The position numbers and the translations under genes are program-made. Below, one piece after another: positions 15,226-22,043 of a stretch of 32,000 nt of DNA. Under the pieces are notes generated by a model that had not been told where the DNA came from, searched no databases, and worked only from the letters and a program-made list of their open reading frames with translations. Numbering within the stretch: position 1 is the first letter of the stretch; each line of letters begins with the position of its first letter. The stretch is from Planctomycetales bacterium (GTDB taxonomy: Bacteria > 4484-113 > JAFGCY01), in NCBI GenBank assembly GCA_022646745.1, contig CP060262.1:1800001-1832000 (forward strand), given 5' to 3'.

Positions 15226-15909
15226 ATGCAGGGAAACGGGATGAACAACCTGGGATGGAAACACAGCCTCGCAAGCCAACTCAACCAGCCTGTGCGGGCG
15301 CGGGTCTGGGCAGTGGTGCTGCCGGCCTTCGCCGTATACGTGATGCTGCTCTTAGCCGGCCAGCGCGGGATGCCCAGCAGCCAGCGCTTCAGCCAGAGCG
15401 TGCACGGCCTGATCACTGTGCAGAGCGAAATTGAGCACTGGACGGCCGGCAGCCAGAAGTTCCCGCTGCGCATTGAACCGCTGATGGGCTCGCTGGACAT
15501 CCAGCGCGTGCCGGTCAACTGGTACCGTCGCGACAGGCGTGCCAGTGAGCCGATGCGCCTCGTGGAGCTTGGCAGCACGGACTTCACTGGCAACTACAGC
15601 TACATCCCGGTGCTTGAGCAGGGGCAGGTGGTGGGCTACTACCTGCTGGTGTACGGCAACCAGCTCACCCCTGGGATGGACGTTGACAACGACGGCCGGC
15701 GCGACCATGTGGTGCATGTGCTCAGCAGCACCAGCGTGCGTGGCAACCTGTGGGGCTGCTGGCCGGGGCGCGAAAGCGAGCTGCCGCCGCTTGATGAGGC
15801 GATTGCGCAGTGGCGGGACTTCCGTGAGAACAATGACCAGCTCTGGCATGACAGCGCGCGCCAGCTCACCACCCTGAGCCGGCCGCACTACCAGGGCACG
15901 GCGGTCTGA
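15226..15909 (+). CDS. Membrane-anchored hypothetical protein
   Basis: This frame is track ORF 15184..15909, whose first codon is TTG. I prefer the ATG at 15226 (MQGNGMNNLG...). There is one N-terminal TM segment, VWAVVLPAFAVYVMLLLAG. I recognised no family. Confidence 0.6.
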   Translation: MQGNGMNNLGWKHSLASQLNQPVRARVWAVVLPAFAVYVMLLLAGQRGMPSSQRFSQSVHGLITVQSEIEHWTAGSQKFPLRIEPLMGSLDIQRVPVNWYRRDRRASEPMRLVELGSTDFTGNYSYIPVLEQGQVVGYYLLVYGNQLTPGMDVDNDGRRDHVVHVLSSTSVRGNLWGCWPGRESELPPLDEAIAQWRDFRENNDQLWHDSARQLTTLSRPHYQGTAV

Positions 15910-15956
15910 ATCAATTCTGAAACATTCGGCTTCGGGGGAGGCCATGGAGCAAGGGG

Positions 15957-16172
15957 ATGCCAGGCGAGATGGATAAGCATGATACTGACAACCTGTACGG
16001 GCCTAGTGGGACTGCGGTGGACCACCACGGCAGGCTGCAGCGGGCAATGGAGCACGCCAGGCGCGTGGCCGGTGCACAGGCGGCCGGGCGCGGCGTGCTC
16101 GACCCGCACGGCGCGGCAATCTGGCTGCGCTTCTGCGAAGTGAGCGGACTGGGCGGCGAGGGCCGCAACTGA
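15957..16172 (+). CDS. Small hypothetical protein (71 aa)
   Basis: The ORF has G/C-rich third positions. It lies between the 15226 gene and a strong terminator. The RBS is unconvincing and I recognised no motif. Confidence 0.35.
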   Translation: MPGEMDKHDTDNLYGPSGTAVDHHGRLQRAMEHARRVAGAQAAGRGVLDPHGAAIWLRFCEVSGLGGEGRN

Positions 16173-16215
16173 CAACGATAACAACTTCCAACTCACAGCC
16201 AAACCCAACCAGTGA

Positions 16216-16250
16216 GGGGGTCGCCGCCCGGTGGCCCCCTTTTTGATTTT
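16216..16250 (+). terminator. Rho-independent terminator
   Basis: GGGGGTCGCC-GCCC-GGTGGCCCCC is a 10-bp stem with two G-T wobbles. It is followed by TTTTTGATTTT. Confidence 0.8.
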
Positions 16251-16275
16251 CTGCTTCAGCTAAAGCTTCAGCAGT

Positions 16276-16484
16276 CTGACCCTGCAATCCGGCTAAGCCG
16301 GATTGGGTCGGGTTGAAAGTCCATTGCTGCCAGGAAAGGTGCATCGGGCAATCAGCGAGGAGCTACGCTTTGAGCTGTATTGCAGACCCGCGAATGCTTG
16401 CATGAGCGGGAAGAAGAATCTGGTCTGGCCCTGCGCTGGCGCATACGCTGCCAGCGGGTCGGGCTGAAGTTATGGGAGGCCAGA
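16276..16484 (+). other. Hairpin-dense non-coding block (candidate structured RNA; strand not established)
   Basis: Four stems are visible. (1) A perfect 9-bp hairpin, CAATCCGGC-TAA-GCCGGATTG, at 16285-16305; it can be extended with flanking CTGACCC/GGTCGG. (2) CCCGC..ATGC-TT-GCAT..GCGGG at 16387-16410. (3) CGCTGGC-N9-GCCAGCG at 16434-16456. (4) That third stem is nested inside TCTGGCC (16424-16430) / GGCCAGA (16478-16484). A 16-nt direct repeat, GGGTCGGGTTGAAAGT (16305-16320) and GGGTCGGGCTGAAGTT (16456-16471), follows a hairpin in each copy. Confidence 0.3.
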
Positions 16485-16493
16485 TGTAAGTCT

Positions 16494-16577
16494 GGCAATA
16501 GGCAATAGGCAGAAGGCAATAGGCAGAAGGCAATAGGCAGAAGGCAATAGGCAGAAGGCAATTGGCAGGAGCAGAAG
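16494..16577. repeat. Heptamer/14-mer tandem array (GGCAATA GGCAGAA)n
   Basis: Twelve in-phase heptamers: ggcaata ggcaata ggcagaa ggcaata ggcagaa ggcaata ggcagaa ggcaata ggcagaa ggcaatt ggcagga gcagaag. Confidence 0.9.
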
Positions 16578-16818
16578 GAGCGGAGCGCGAGCATTCAGCT
16601 CGCAGTATCGGTGGCCTTCAGTCGCCGGGGAGGCTGGATTGGAGTTCGACAATCCAACTAGCATTCCGAATAATCCAAGTAGAAATGATCAACAACATAT
16701 TCATCAAGTCTGTAGCGGCGTCGCCTTGCGATGATTGGGAGTGGCTGGTCCGAATCTAGATTGACAGTCCCCCATTCTTTTGCGAAACTGCCGGTGAATA
16801 AATATTCACGAGGGTGAA

Positions 16819-17712
16819 ATGAGCCGGCCAGTAAACATCAACATCTTTCTGGTGGACGGAACCCCGCAGGGTCTGCGAAAAGTACAGATCAAGAACTGGA
16901 CGGGACTGTGCTACGTTTTCCAGCGCTTGTCGATCCAGCGGGTCCGGCAGGATGCAGACCACCCAATGAACCGCCCCGGCGTCTACATCCTATTGCAGCG
17001 CATGGAGGACGGTGCGATAGGTAAGGTCTACATCGGCGAGAGTGAAAACGTAATCAAGCGGCTCGAGCGGCACAACAAGACTGATAAGACTGAATACTGG
17101 ACTGACACCATCGTATTCGTCAGTAAGGATGACAACCTGACCAAGGCCCACGTAAGATACCTTGAGGCACTGCTGATAAAGGCAGTAAGGGACAGCGCCA
17201 AGGCAGCCGATATCGATACCGACAATTCCACCTCGCCAGATGCCAAGGGCCTGCCCGAAGAAGATATGGCGGACATGGACGGGTATTTTGACAACATCAA
17301 GCTGATCCTTCCAACGGTTTCCTCAGACATCATTTCCAGTACTGCGGACTCCGCCTTCCTGCCGATTCAGGAAGGGCCAGTGATGGACTTGTTCGCGAAT
17401 GTTTCGCGCGATGGTTCATTTGATGCCAAGGGGGTGTTGCGTGATGGCAAATTCGTGGTACTGGCAGGTTCAACTGCAAGGCTAGAAGAAACTAACAGTT
17501 TAAGAACGACGGATCGAGATAGGAGAACTAAGCTGATCGAGCAAGGTGTTCTTAGTGCAGAAAGTGGAAAACTTCTATTCACTCGGAACTACGAGTTCAA
17601 CTCTGCTTCTGCCGCTGCAAACATAGTAAGCGGCCGCAGTTCCAATGGTTTGGTGGAATGGGTGCATGCAAAGTCAGGCAAGACTCTCAAGGAATTCATG
17701 GAAGCTCCCTGA
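16819..17712 (+). CDS. GIY-YIG nuclease family protein with a C-terminal DUF4357-type domain
   Basis: 297 aa with a GAGGG SD 5 nt upstream. The GIY-YIG core is PGVYILL...KVYIGESENVIKRLERH...YW...HVRYLEALLI. The C-terminus, GKFVVLAGSTA...FNSASAAANIVSGRSSNGLVEWVHAKSGKTLKEF, matches the DUF4357 pattern (SPS/AAA..V.G.s.NG...W). G+C is visibly lower than in the flanking sequence. Confidence 0.85.
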   Translation: MSRPVNINIFLVDGTPQGLRKVQIKNWTGLCYVFQRLSIQRVRQDADHPMNRPGVYILLQRMEDGAIGKVYIGESENVIKRLERHNKTDKTEYWTDTIVFVSKDDNLTKAHVRYLEALLIKAVRDSAKAADIDTDNSTSPDAKGLPEEDMADMDGYFDNIKLILPTVSSDIISSTADSAFLPIQEGPVMDLFANVSRDGSFDAKGVLRDGKFVVLAGSTARLEETNSLRTTDRDRRTKLIEQGVLSAESGKLLFTRNYEFNSASAAANIVSGRSSNGLVEWVHAKSGKTLKEFMEAP

Positions 17713-17816
17713 TGCCCGGCAACTGAAACTCAGTTGGCACTATTCAGACTGTTCATACTATTCAAACCATCCAGACTGCTCCCGCCATTGTATGGTGCGC
17801 AGGCAAGGTACGCACC

Positions 17817-18107
17817 TCCTGCCTGCCTTCTCCCTGCTGCCCATTATTGCCGGACTCCCGTCCGGTCCCCGGCTGCTGGAAGCAGCCGCTACGGTCACCT
17901 CATTCTCATACTGCTTCTGCTTCTCATTCTGTTTCTACCCATCCCCCATCCCCCATCCCTCATATTGCATCCCGTCCTTGCGCAGCTATGTCACGCTGAC
18001 GCGTTCCTGCGCTACGCGCTCCCTTCTGACCACTGCCCACTGATTACTGATCACTCTTCCCTGATCCCCGGTCCCCGGTCCCTGTTCCCTGTTCCCTGTT
18101 TTCTCCC
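17817..18107. repeat. Pyrimidine-rich degenerate heptamer arrays, including an inverted copy of the GGCAATA/GGCAGGA units
   Basis: 17817-17851 reads tcctgcc tgccttc tccctgc tgcccat tattgcc, the reverse complement of ggcaata atgggca gcaggga gaaggca ggcagga. 17941-17975 reads atccccc atccccc atccctc atattgc atcccgt. 18031-18107 reads cactgcc cactgat tactgat cactctt ccctgat ccccggt ccccggt ccctgtt ccctgtt ccctgtt ttctccc. Confidence 0.8.
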
Positions 18108-18134
18108 CCCAGCCGTTACCATTTCCCTGTCTCC

Positions 18135-18779
18135 ATGCTCTTAGTGGGCGTGACGGCGGTTGAACCGATGGAAGCACAGGGAATGCCCGGCAGGGAACAG
18201 GGCCAGACGGCGGCGGCGGACAGGCAGTCCGCCCACAGCGCTGCGGCCACTGACCCGCTGGATGCCCGCGAGGCGCGCTTCATGCAGCTCATCACCGAGC
18301 AGGTGCATGAGCGGGCCTGGCGCTACTGCCTCAGGCTCTGCCTGAGGCGCGAGGACAGCGAGGACCTGCTGCAGGAATCACTGACGCAGGCTTTCCGCAA
18401 GCTGGACCAGCTGCGGGAGGACGGCCTCGTGTCCGCCTGGCTGATGTCCATCATCCGCCGCCGCTACATCCGCCACTGGCAGCGCGAGCAGTCGCGCCCG
18501 CCGCAGGCGGATGAACTGCCGGATATCGCCACGGATGGCAACGTGGATCCGTTCGCCGATCAGGTCAGGGCGGCCCTCGCCCAGTTACCCCAGCCGCAGC
18601 GTGAACTGCTTGAGCTCTACTACATTGAGGGCCTCGACATGCAGGAATGCGGCACGGTGCTGGGCATCGGGCCCCGGGTCGTGAAGCAGCGGCTCTACCG
18701 CGCGCGCCAGGCGATGCGCCGGCTGTATTCTCCCCAGCTGGCCGGGGACAGCGATTCCCGGCCCGAAGGGGGCAGGTAA
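18135..18779 (+). CDS. ECF (group 4) sigma-70 family RNA polymerase sigma factor, copy 1
   Basis: Region 2 is EDSEDLLQESLTQAFRKL...WLMSIIRRRYI. Region 4 is LPQPQRELLELYYIEGLDMQECGTVLGIGPRVVKQRLYRARQAMRR. The start is uncertain, with ATG candidates at 18135, 18168 and 18183. The N-terminus extends ~38 aa beyond that of copy 2. Confidence 0.85.
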   Translation: MLLVGVTAVEPMEAQGMPGREQGQTAAADRQSAHSAAATDPLDAREARFMQLITEQVHERAWRYCLRLCLRREDSEDLLQESLTQAFRKLDQLREDGLVSAWLMSIIRRRYIRHWQREQSRPPQADELPDIATDGNVDPFADQVRAALAQLPQPQRELLELYYIEGLDMQECGTVLGIGPRVVKQRLYRARQAMRRLYSPQLAGDSDSRPEGGR

Positions 18780-19753
18780 TGAACAACACATTGAGAGACA
18801 GGATCCTTGCCGAACGCATCACGGAGCTCAGCCAGCTCAGCGATGCCGAGCAGGTGCAGGTGCAGGCCGATGCCGGGCTTAGGGAGCTGCTCGCGGAGAA
18901 CCGCGCGCTGGCTTCAATGCTGGCAACGGATGTGCAGGCGCCGCAGCGCGGGCCGATGCTGGCAGCCGCGGTGCGTGAGGGCCGGGAATCCGACAAGGAG
19001 CACAGGATGACGATCTTCCAGAGAATGTTCGCCGGACGCAGTCCGCTGGCCCAGGCCGGCCTCGCCGTGATGCTCATGGCCGTGTTCAGCGCAGCCTACA
19101 TGGGCTTCATGGCCTTCAGCAGCAAGCCCGCCTGGAGCATGACCACCGGCAGCGTGCTGGAGTACACCCTGCAGGGTGTCAGCCATGAGGATGACCTGCA
19201 GCCCCTGCTGGACACCTACATCGCCAAGGTGAAGGAAGCCAAGCTGGAGCTGTACGGTGATGCCTCCACCGAGAAGAAGACCGTGCAGATCAGCGTGAAC
19301 ATTGACGCCCACCGTGACGGCCCGGATGCCGAGGAAATCAAGGTAGCCTCGCTGGTGATCAGCCTGACCGAGGACGACCCCGAGCTGCTGGCGATGATCC
19401 AGCAGAAGGTTGCCGAGATCCCCGGCGCGCCGGTTGCCAACGTGCGTGACGCGGTCTGGTTCTTCGGCCCCGAGGGCCCGGGCCAGGGTGGAATGCGCTT
19501 CGAGGTTGACGGCAAGCTGTTCAACTTCCCGCCGGACGCCACTGCTGAGCAGGTCGAAAGCCAGATCCGCGAGTGGCTCGCCCAGGAGAAGCCCGGTGAG
19601 GACTGGGTGGTGGATATCACCATCGAGCGCGACCAGGACGGAGAGGGCCGTGAGCGGGTGCGTGTCGAGGCCAAGATCCACCCCGCCGGTGAGGAAGAGG
19701 AGTCCGCCAGCGCCGAAGCCACCGCGCCGGCCCACCCGCCGGTGCAGCGCTAG
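18779..19753 (+). CDS. Putative membrane-spanning anti-sigma factor, copy 1 (non-ZAS N-terminus)
   Basis: The ATG overlaps the sigma gene's stop (TAATG), and a GGGGGCAGG SD lies upstream. There is a single TM segment, AQAGLAVMLMAVFSAAYMGFMAF. The N-terminal helix RILAERITELSQLSDAEQ is paralogous to the 20500 product. No HxxxCxxC motif is present. Confidence 0.6.
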   Translation: MNNTLRDRILAERITELSQLSDAEQVQVQADAGLRELLAENRALASMLATDVQAPQRGPMLAAAVREGRESDKEHRMTIFQRMFAGRSPLAQAGLAVMLMAVFSAAYMGFMAFSSKPAWSMTTGSVLEYTLQGVSHEDDLQPLLDTYIAKVKEAKLELYGDASTEKKTVQISVNIDAHRDGPDAEEIKVASLVISLTEDDPELLAMIQQKVAEIPGAPVANVRDAVWFFGPEGPGQGGMRFEVDGKLFNFPPDATAEQVESQIREWLAQEKPGEDWVVDITIERDQDGEGRERVRVEAKIHPAGEEEESASAEATAPAHPPVQR

Positions 19754-19823
19754 GCCGGATTTACGGGGACAGTTGATCGTAAAAAGAAACGATTAACGGG
19801 GATGGAAAGATGTGGGATGAGAG

Positions 19824-19858
19824 CGGGGCCGCTACGGTGGCCCCGTTTGCTTTTCTTC
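19824..19858 (+). terminator. Rho-independent terminator
   Basis: CGGGGCC-N8-GGCCCCG followed by TTTGCTTTTCTT. Its 3' arm, GGTGGCCCC, is shared with the terminator at 16216. Confidence 0.7.
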
Positions 19859-19915
19859 CACAACATCCTGCTTTTCTCACCACTGTCTTACATTGAGATG
19901 AACTGACCCGCCCGC

Positions 19916-19943
19916 GAAACGAAAGCCCCGGTTAGGATGTCTA
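19916..19943 (+). promoter_or_regulatory. ECF-type (probably autoregulatory) promoter candidate, GAAAC-N18-GTCTA
   Basis: GCGAAAC (19914-19920), then 18 nt, then GTCTA (19939-19943). The annotated ATG at 19945 is only 1 nt downstream. The second in-frame ATG at 19954 is 10 nt downstream, the same spacing as at 15226. Confidence 0.45.
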
Positions 19944-19944
19944 T

Positions 19945-20496
19945 ATGCCCAGGATGAGGGATCCACAGCGGCAGGAGCTGTTCGAGCAGCTCCTGACACA
20001 GGACGTGTATCGCGCTGCCTGGAACTACAGCTGGCGGCTGTGCAACAGGCGCGAGGATGCGGAGGACCTCCTGCAGGAGGCGCTTGTGCACGCGCTGCGG
20101 AAACTCGACCAGCTCAAGGACATGGCCATGTTCAAGAGCTGGCTCCTGTCCATCGTCCGGACACGCTTCCTGAACGGGCTGCGGGCCCAGAAGGCACGGC
20201 CACAGACCGTGGAGGAGATGCCGCACATCGGCGGAGAGGATGGACCCGGCACCGGCGGGCTGTCCCCCGAGCTGCTGACCGCGATGCTGAAGCTGCCGGA
20301 GAACCAGCGGGAGATCCTGGAGATGTATTACATGGATGGCCTGAGCATGGAGGAGACCGGCGAGGTGCTGGGTATCGCATCATCAGTGGTGCGCCAGCGG
20401 CTGTTCCGGGCCAGACGGGCGATCCGCAGGCTGCTGCTTGATGCTGTAGGGGCTAGGCAGGGCGAGAAGATGGCCAGGACAAGGCTAGGCGAGTAA
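19945..20496 (+). CDS. ECF sigma-70 family RNA polymerase sigma factor, copy 2
   Basis: Region 2 is EDAEDLLQEALVHALRKL...WLLSIVRTRFL. Region 4 is LPENQREILEMYYMDGLSMEETGEVLGIASSVVRQRLFRARRAIRR. The start may be the ATG at 19954 (see the promoter entry). Confidence 0.85.
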   Translation: MPRMRDPQRQELFEQLLTQDVYRAAWNYSWRLCNRREDAEDLLQEALVHALRKLDQLKDMAMFKSWLLSIVRTRFLNGLRAQKARPQTVEEMPHIGGEDGPGTGGLSPELLTAMLKLPENQREILEMYYMDGLSMEETGEVLGIASSVVRQRLFRARRAIRRLLLDAVGARQGEKMARTRLGE

Positions 20497-20499
20497 GAA

Positions 20500-21807
20500 A
20501 TGGAACTATTCGACAAGATAGTCACGCAACGGATCACCCAGCTCGGGCAGCTCAGTGAGGCTGAGCGTGCCGCGGTGCTGGCCGATCCCGAGCTGGCACA
20601 GCTGATTGAGCACAATGCCGAACTGACCGGCGCTGCGGCCAGTATGCCGCTGCCGCCGGAGATGTCGGCGATGCTGCACCGCGTCCGGCTGGCGGAGAGC
20701 ATCTCACGCCCGCCGGCGAAGGTCGGCTGGCTGGAGCAGATCTTCGGCCAGGGCTGGCAGTACAAGTCCGTCGGCAGCCTGGCGGCCGTCGCCGTGGCAA
20801 TCGCCGCGCTGTACGCCGTGCCGAGCATGCTGTCCGGCAACAGGCTGCCTGAGCAGAACCAGAATGGCAACAATGTGATCAGTGCCGCCGAGCAGCAGCG
20901 CCTGCTGGCAGGCAGCAGTGTCGGTACCTGGCTGGAGTACAGCGTCGGTGACGACCTGTCGGAGCCTGAGCGTGAGCTGCTGCATGAGAAGCTGCAGCTG
21001 GCCGTGGCTGACAACAGCAGTGACATTGAGCAGGAGCCGGTGGTGCGCCTGCTGGCCGATGGCAGCGCATACAGCGTCTATGTCCCGGCGCTGGCCAGTG
21101 ACGACAGCCGGATTGATGCAATTGACAACAGCATCCGCCGCGTGGAGCGCTTCAGCCTGGAGCGCCGCAGCAACCGCCTGTTCGTGGAAGGGGCAAACCC
21201 CGGTGGCGACATCCGTGTGATCCGCAGTGGCAACTCCGACATCGCCTTCCCGACCGGCCTGAGCGACCAGCAGCTGGTAGGTGTGCTGGAGGCGGTGGCC
21301 CCGGCCCTGCCGCAGTCCGGCCTGCCGAGCGACCCGCAGGGCATCAGCACGATCGTGCATGAGGGCTTCCGCAATGCCGGCTACGACGGCAGCTGGCTTG
21401 CCATGCCGGATACCCGGGGTGGTACACATGCCAATGCCCAGCCAGGCATCAGCGAACAGGACATCCGCGCCGTCAATGACTTTGAGAAGCTGGAGCTGCG
21501 CCTCGGCCAGCGCCTGGAGCACAGCCTCGAGCTGTACCAGCTCAGTGATGAGCAGATCGAGCAGTACCGCCACGACCTGCAGCATGAACTTGAACTGCAC
21601 CTGCTGCTGCCCAGCAACTGGGACGGGATGGAGCGCAGCGACCTGGACGACTTCGTCTATGCCCGGATGCTGATGCAGTGCCGCTCGCTCGGTATCGACA
21701 CCATCGAGTTCAAGCGCGACCGGATCAGCGTCAGTGTCAACGACGAACCGGCCGACAGCGAGGAGCTGCCCGCCGACCCGCAGCGCATGCTGGTTGAGCT
21801 GAAGTAG
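20500..21807 (+). CDS. Putative membrane-spanning anti-sigma factor, copy 2
   Basis: It starts 3 nt after the sigma gene's stop. The N-terminus KIVTQRITQLGQLSEAERAAV is paralogous to copy 1. There is a single TM segment, VGSLAAVAVAIAALYAV, and a large unassigned extracytoplasmic domain. Confidence 0.6.
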   Translation: MELFDKIVTQRITQLGQLSEAERAAVLADPELAQLIEHNAELTGAAASMPLPPEMSAMLHRVRLAESISRPPAKVGWLEQIFGQGWQYKSVGSLAAVAVAIAALYAVPSMLSGNRLPEQNQNGNNVISAAEQQRLLAGSSVGTWLEYSVGDDLSEPERELLHEKLQLAVADNSSDIEQEPVVRLLADGSAYSVYVPALASDDSRIDAIDNSIRRVERFSLERRSNRLFVEGANPGGDIRVIRSGNSDIAFPTGLSDQQLVGVLEAVAPALPQSGLPSDPQGISTIVHEGFRNAGYDGSWLAMPDTRGGTHANAQPGISEQDIRAVNDFEKLELRLGQRLEHSLELYQLSDEQIEQYRHDLQHELELHLLLPSNWDGMERSDLDDFVYARMLMQCRSLGIDTIEFKRDRISVSVNDEPADSEELPADPQRMLVELK

Positions 21808-22043
21808 GAGGTCAGCTGTAAAGCTGACAACAAGGCCGCTGGGCTCTGGTTTGGGGCCTGCTCCCGTGACATCTCGGGTATGGCAACACCGGCCGCAGGG
21901 CACTGTCTGCGGGCCTGCCAATGTGACGAAGTACTAACAGTGCTTCCCTGCGAGGCCCCAGACCAGTGGCCCCATCCCTGATTTACGATAAGCCGCCCTG
22001 CCCACCGGTACTACCGGGCATCATATACCCCCGGAGGTATGTC

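Noticed and set aside
16494-16577. Possible CRISPR array.
   Set aside because: The repeats are 7 or 14 nt and directly abutting, with no unique spacers. No cas genes are in the window.
16352-16664. ORFs 16352..16594(-) and 16470..16664(-), with repeated [14 protein letters not shown] peptides, and ORFs 17645..18043(+) and 17734..18144(+).
   Set aside because: They are translations of the heptamer arrays. A 7-nt period shifts the frame at every unit, producing 3-unit peptide repeats. There is no RBS and the composition is low-complexity.
16635-16664. A tRNA-like T-arm, TGGATTG-GAGTTCGA-CAATCCA, which might mark a tRNA gene or an integration-site remnant at the edge of the lower-G+C cassette.
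   Set aside because: No acceptor, D or anticodon arms can be built from the upstream sequence. The near-invariant G53-C61 pair would be G-A, and the loop is 8 nt. At most it is a short fragment, which I cannot support.
21808-22043. A hairpin-rich 236-bp spacer after anti-sigma no. 2 (GTCAGCT-GTAA-AGCTGAC at 21811-21828, GGCCGCAG..CTGCGGGCC, and GAAGTACT-AAC-AGTGCTTC) as a possible sRNA.
   Set aside because: Short GC hairpins are expected in G+C-rich intergenic DNA. There is no promoter or U-tract pairing and no repeat or long-range structure. The most likely content is a terminator-like hairpin plus the pirin promoter.
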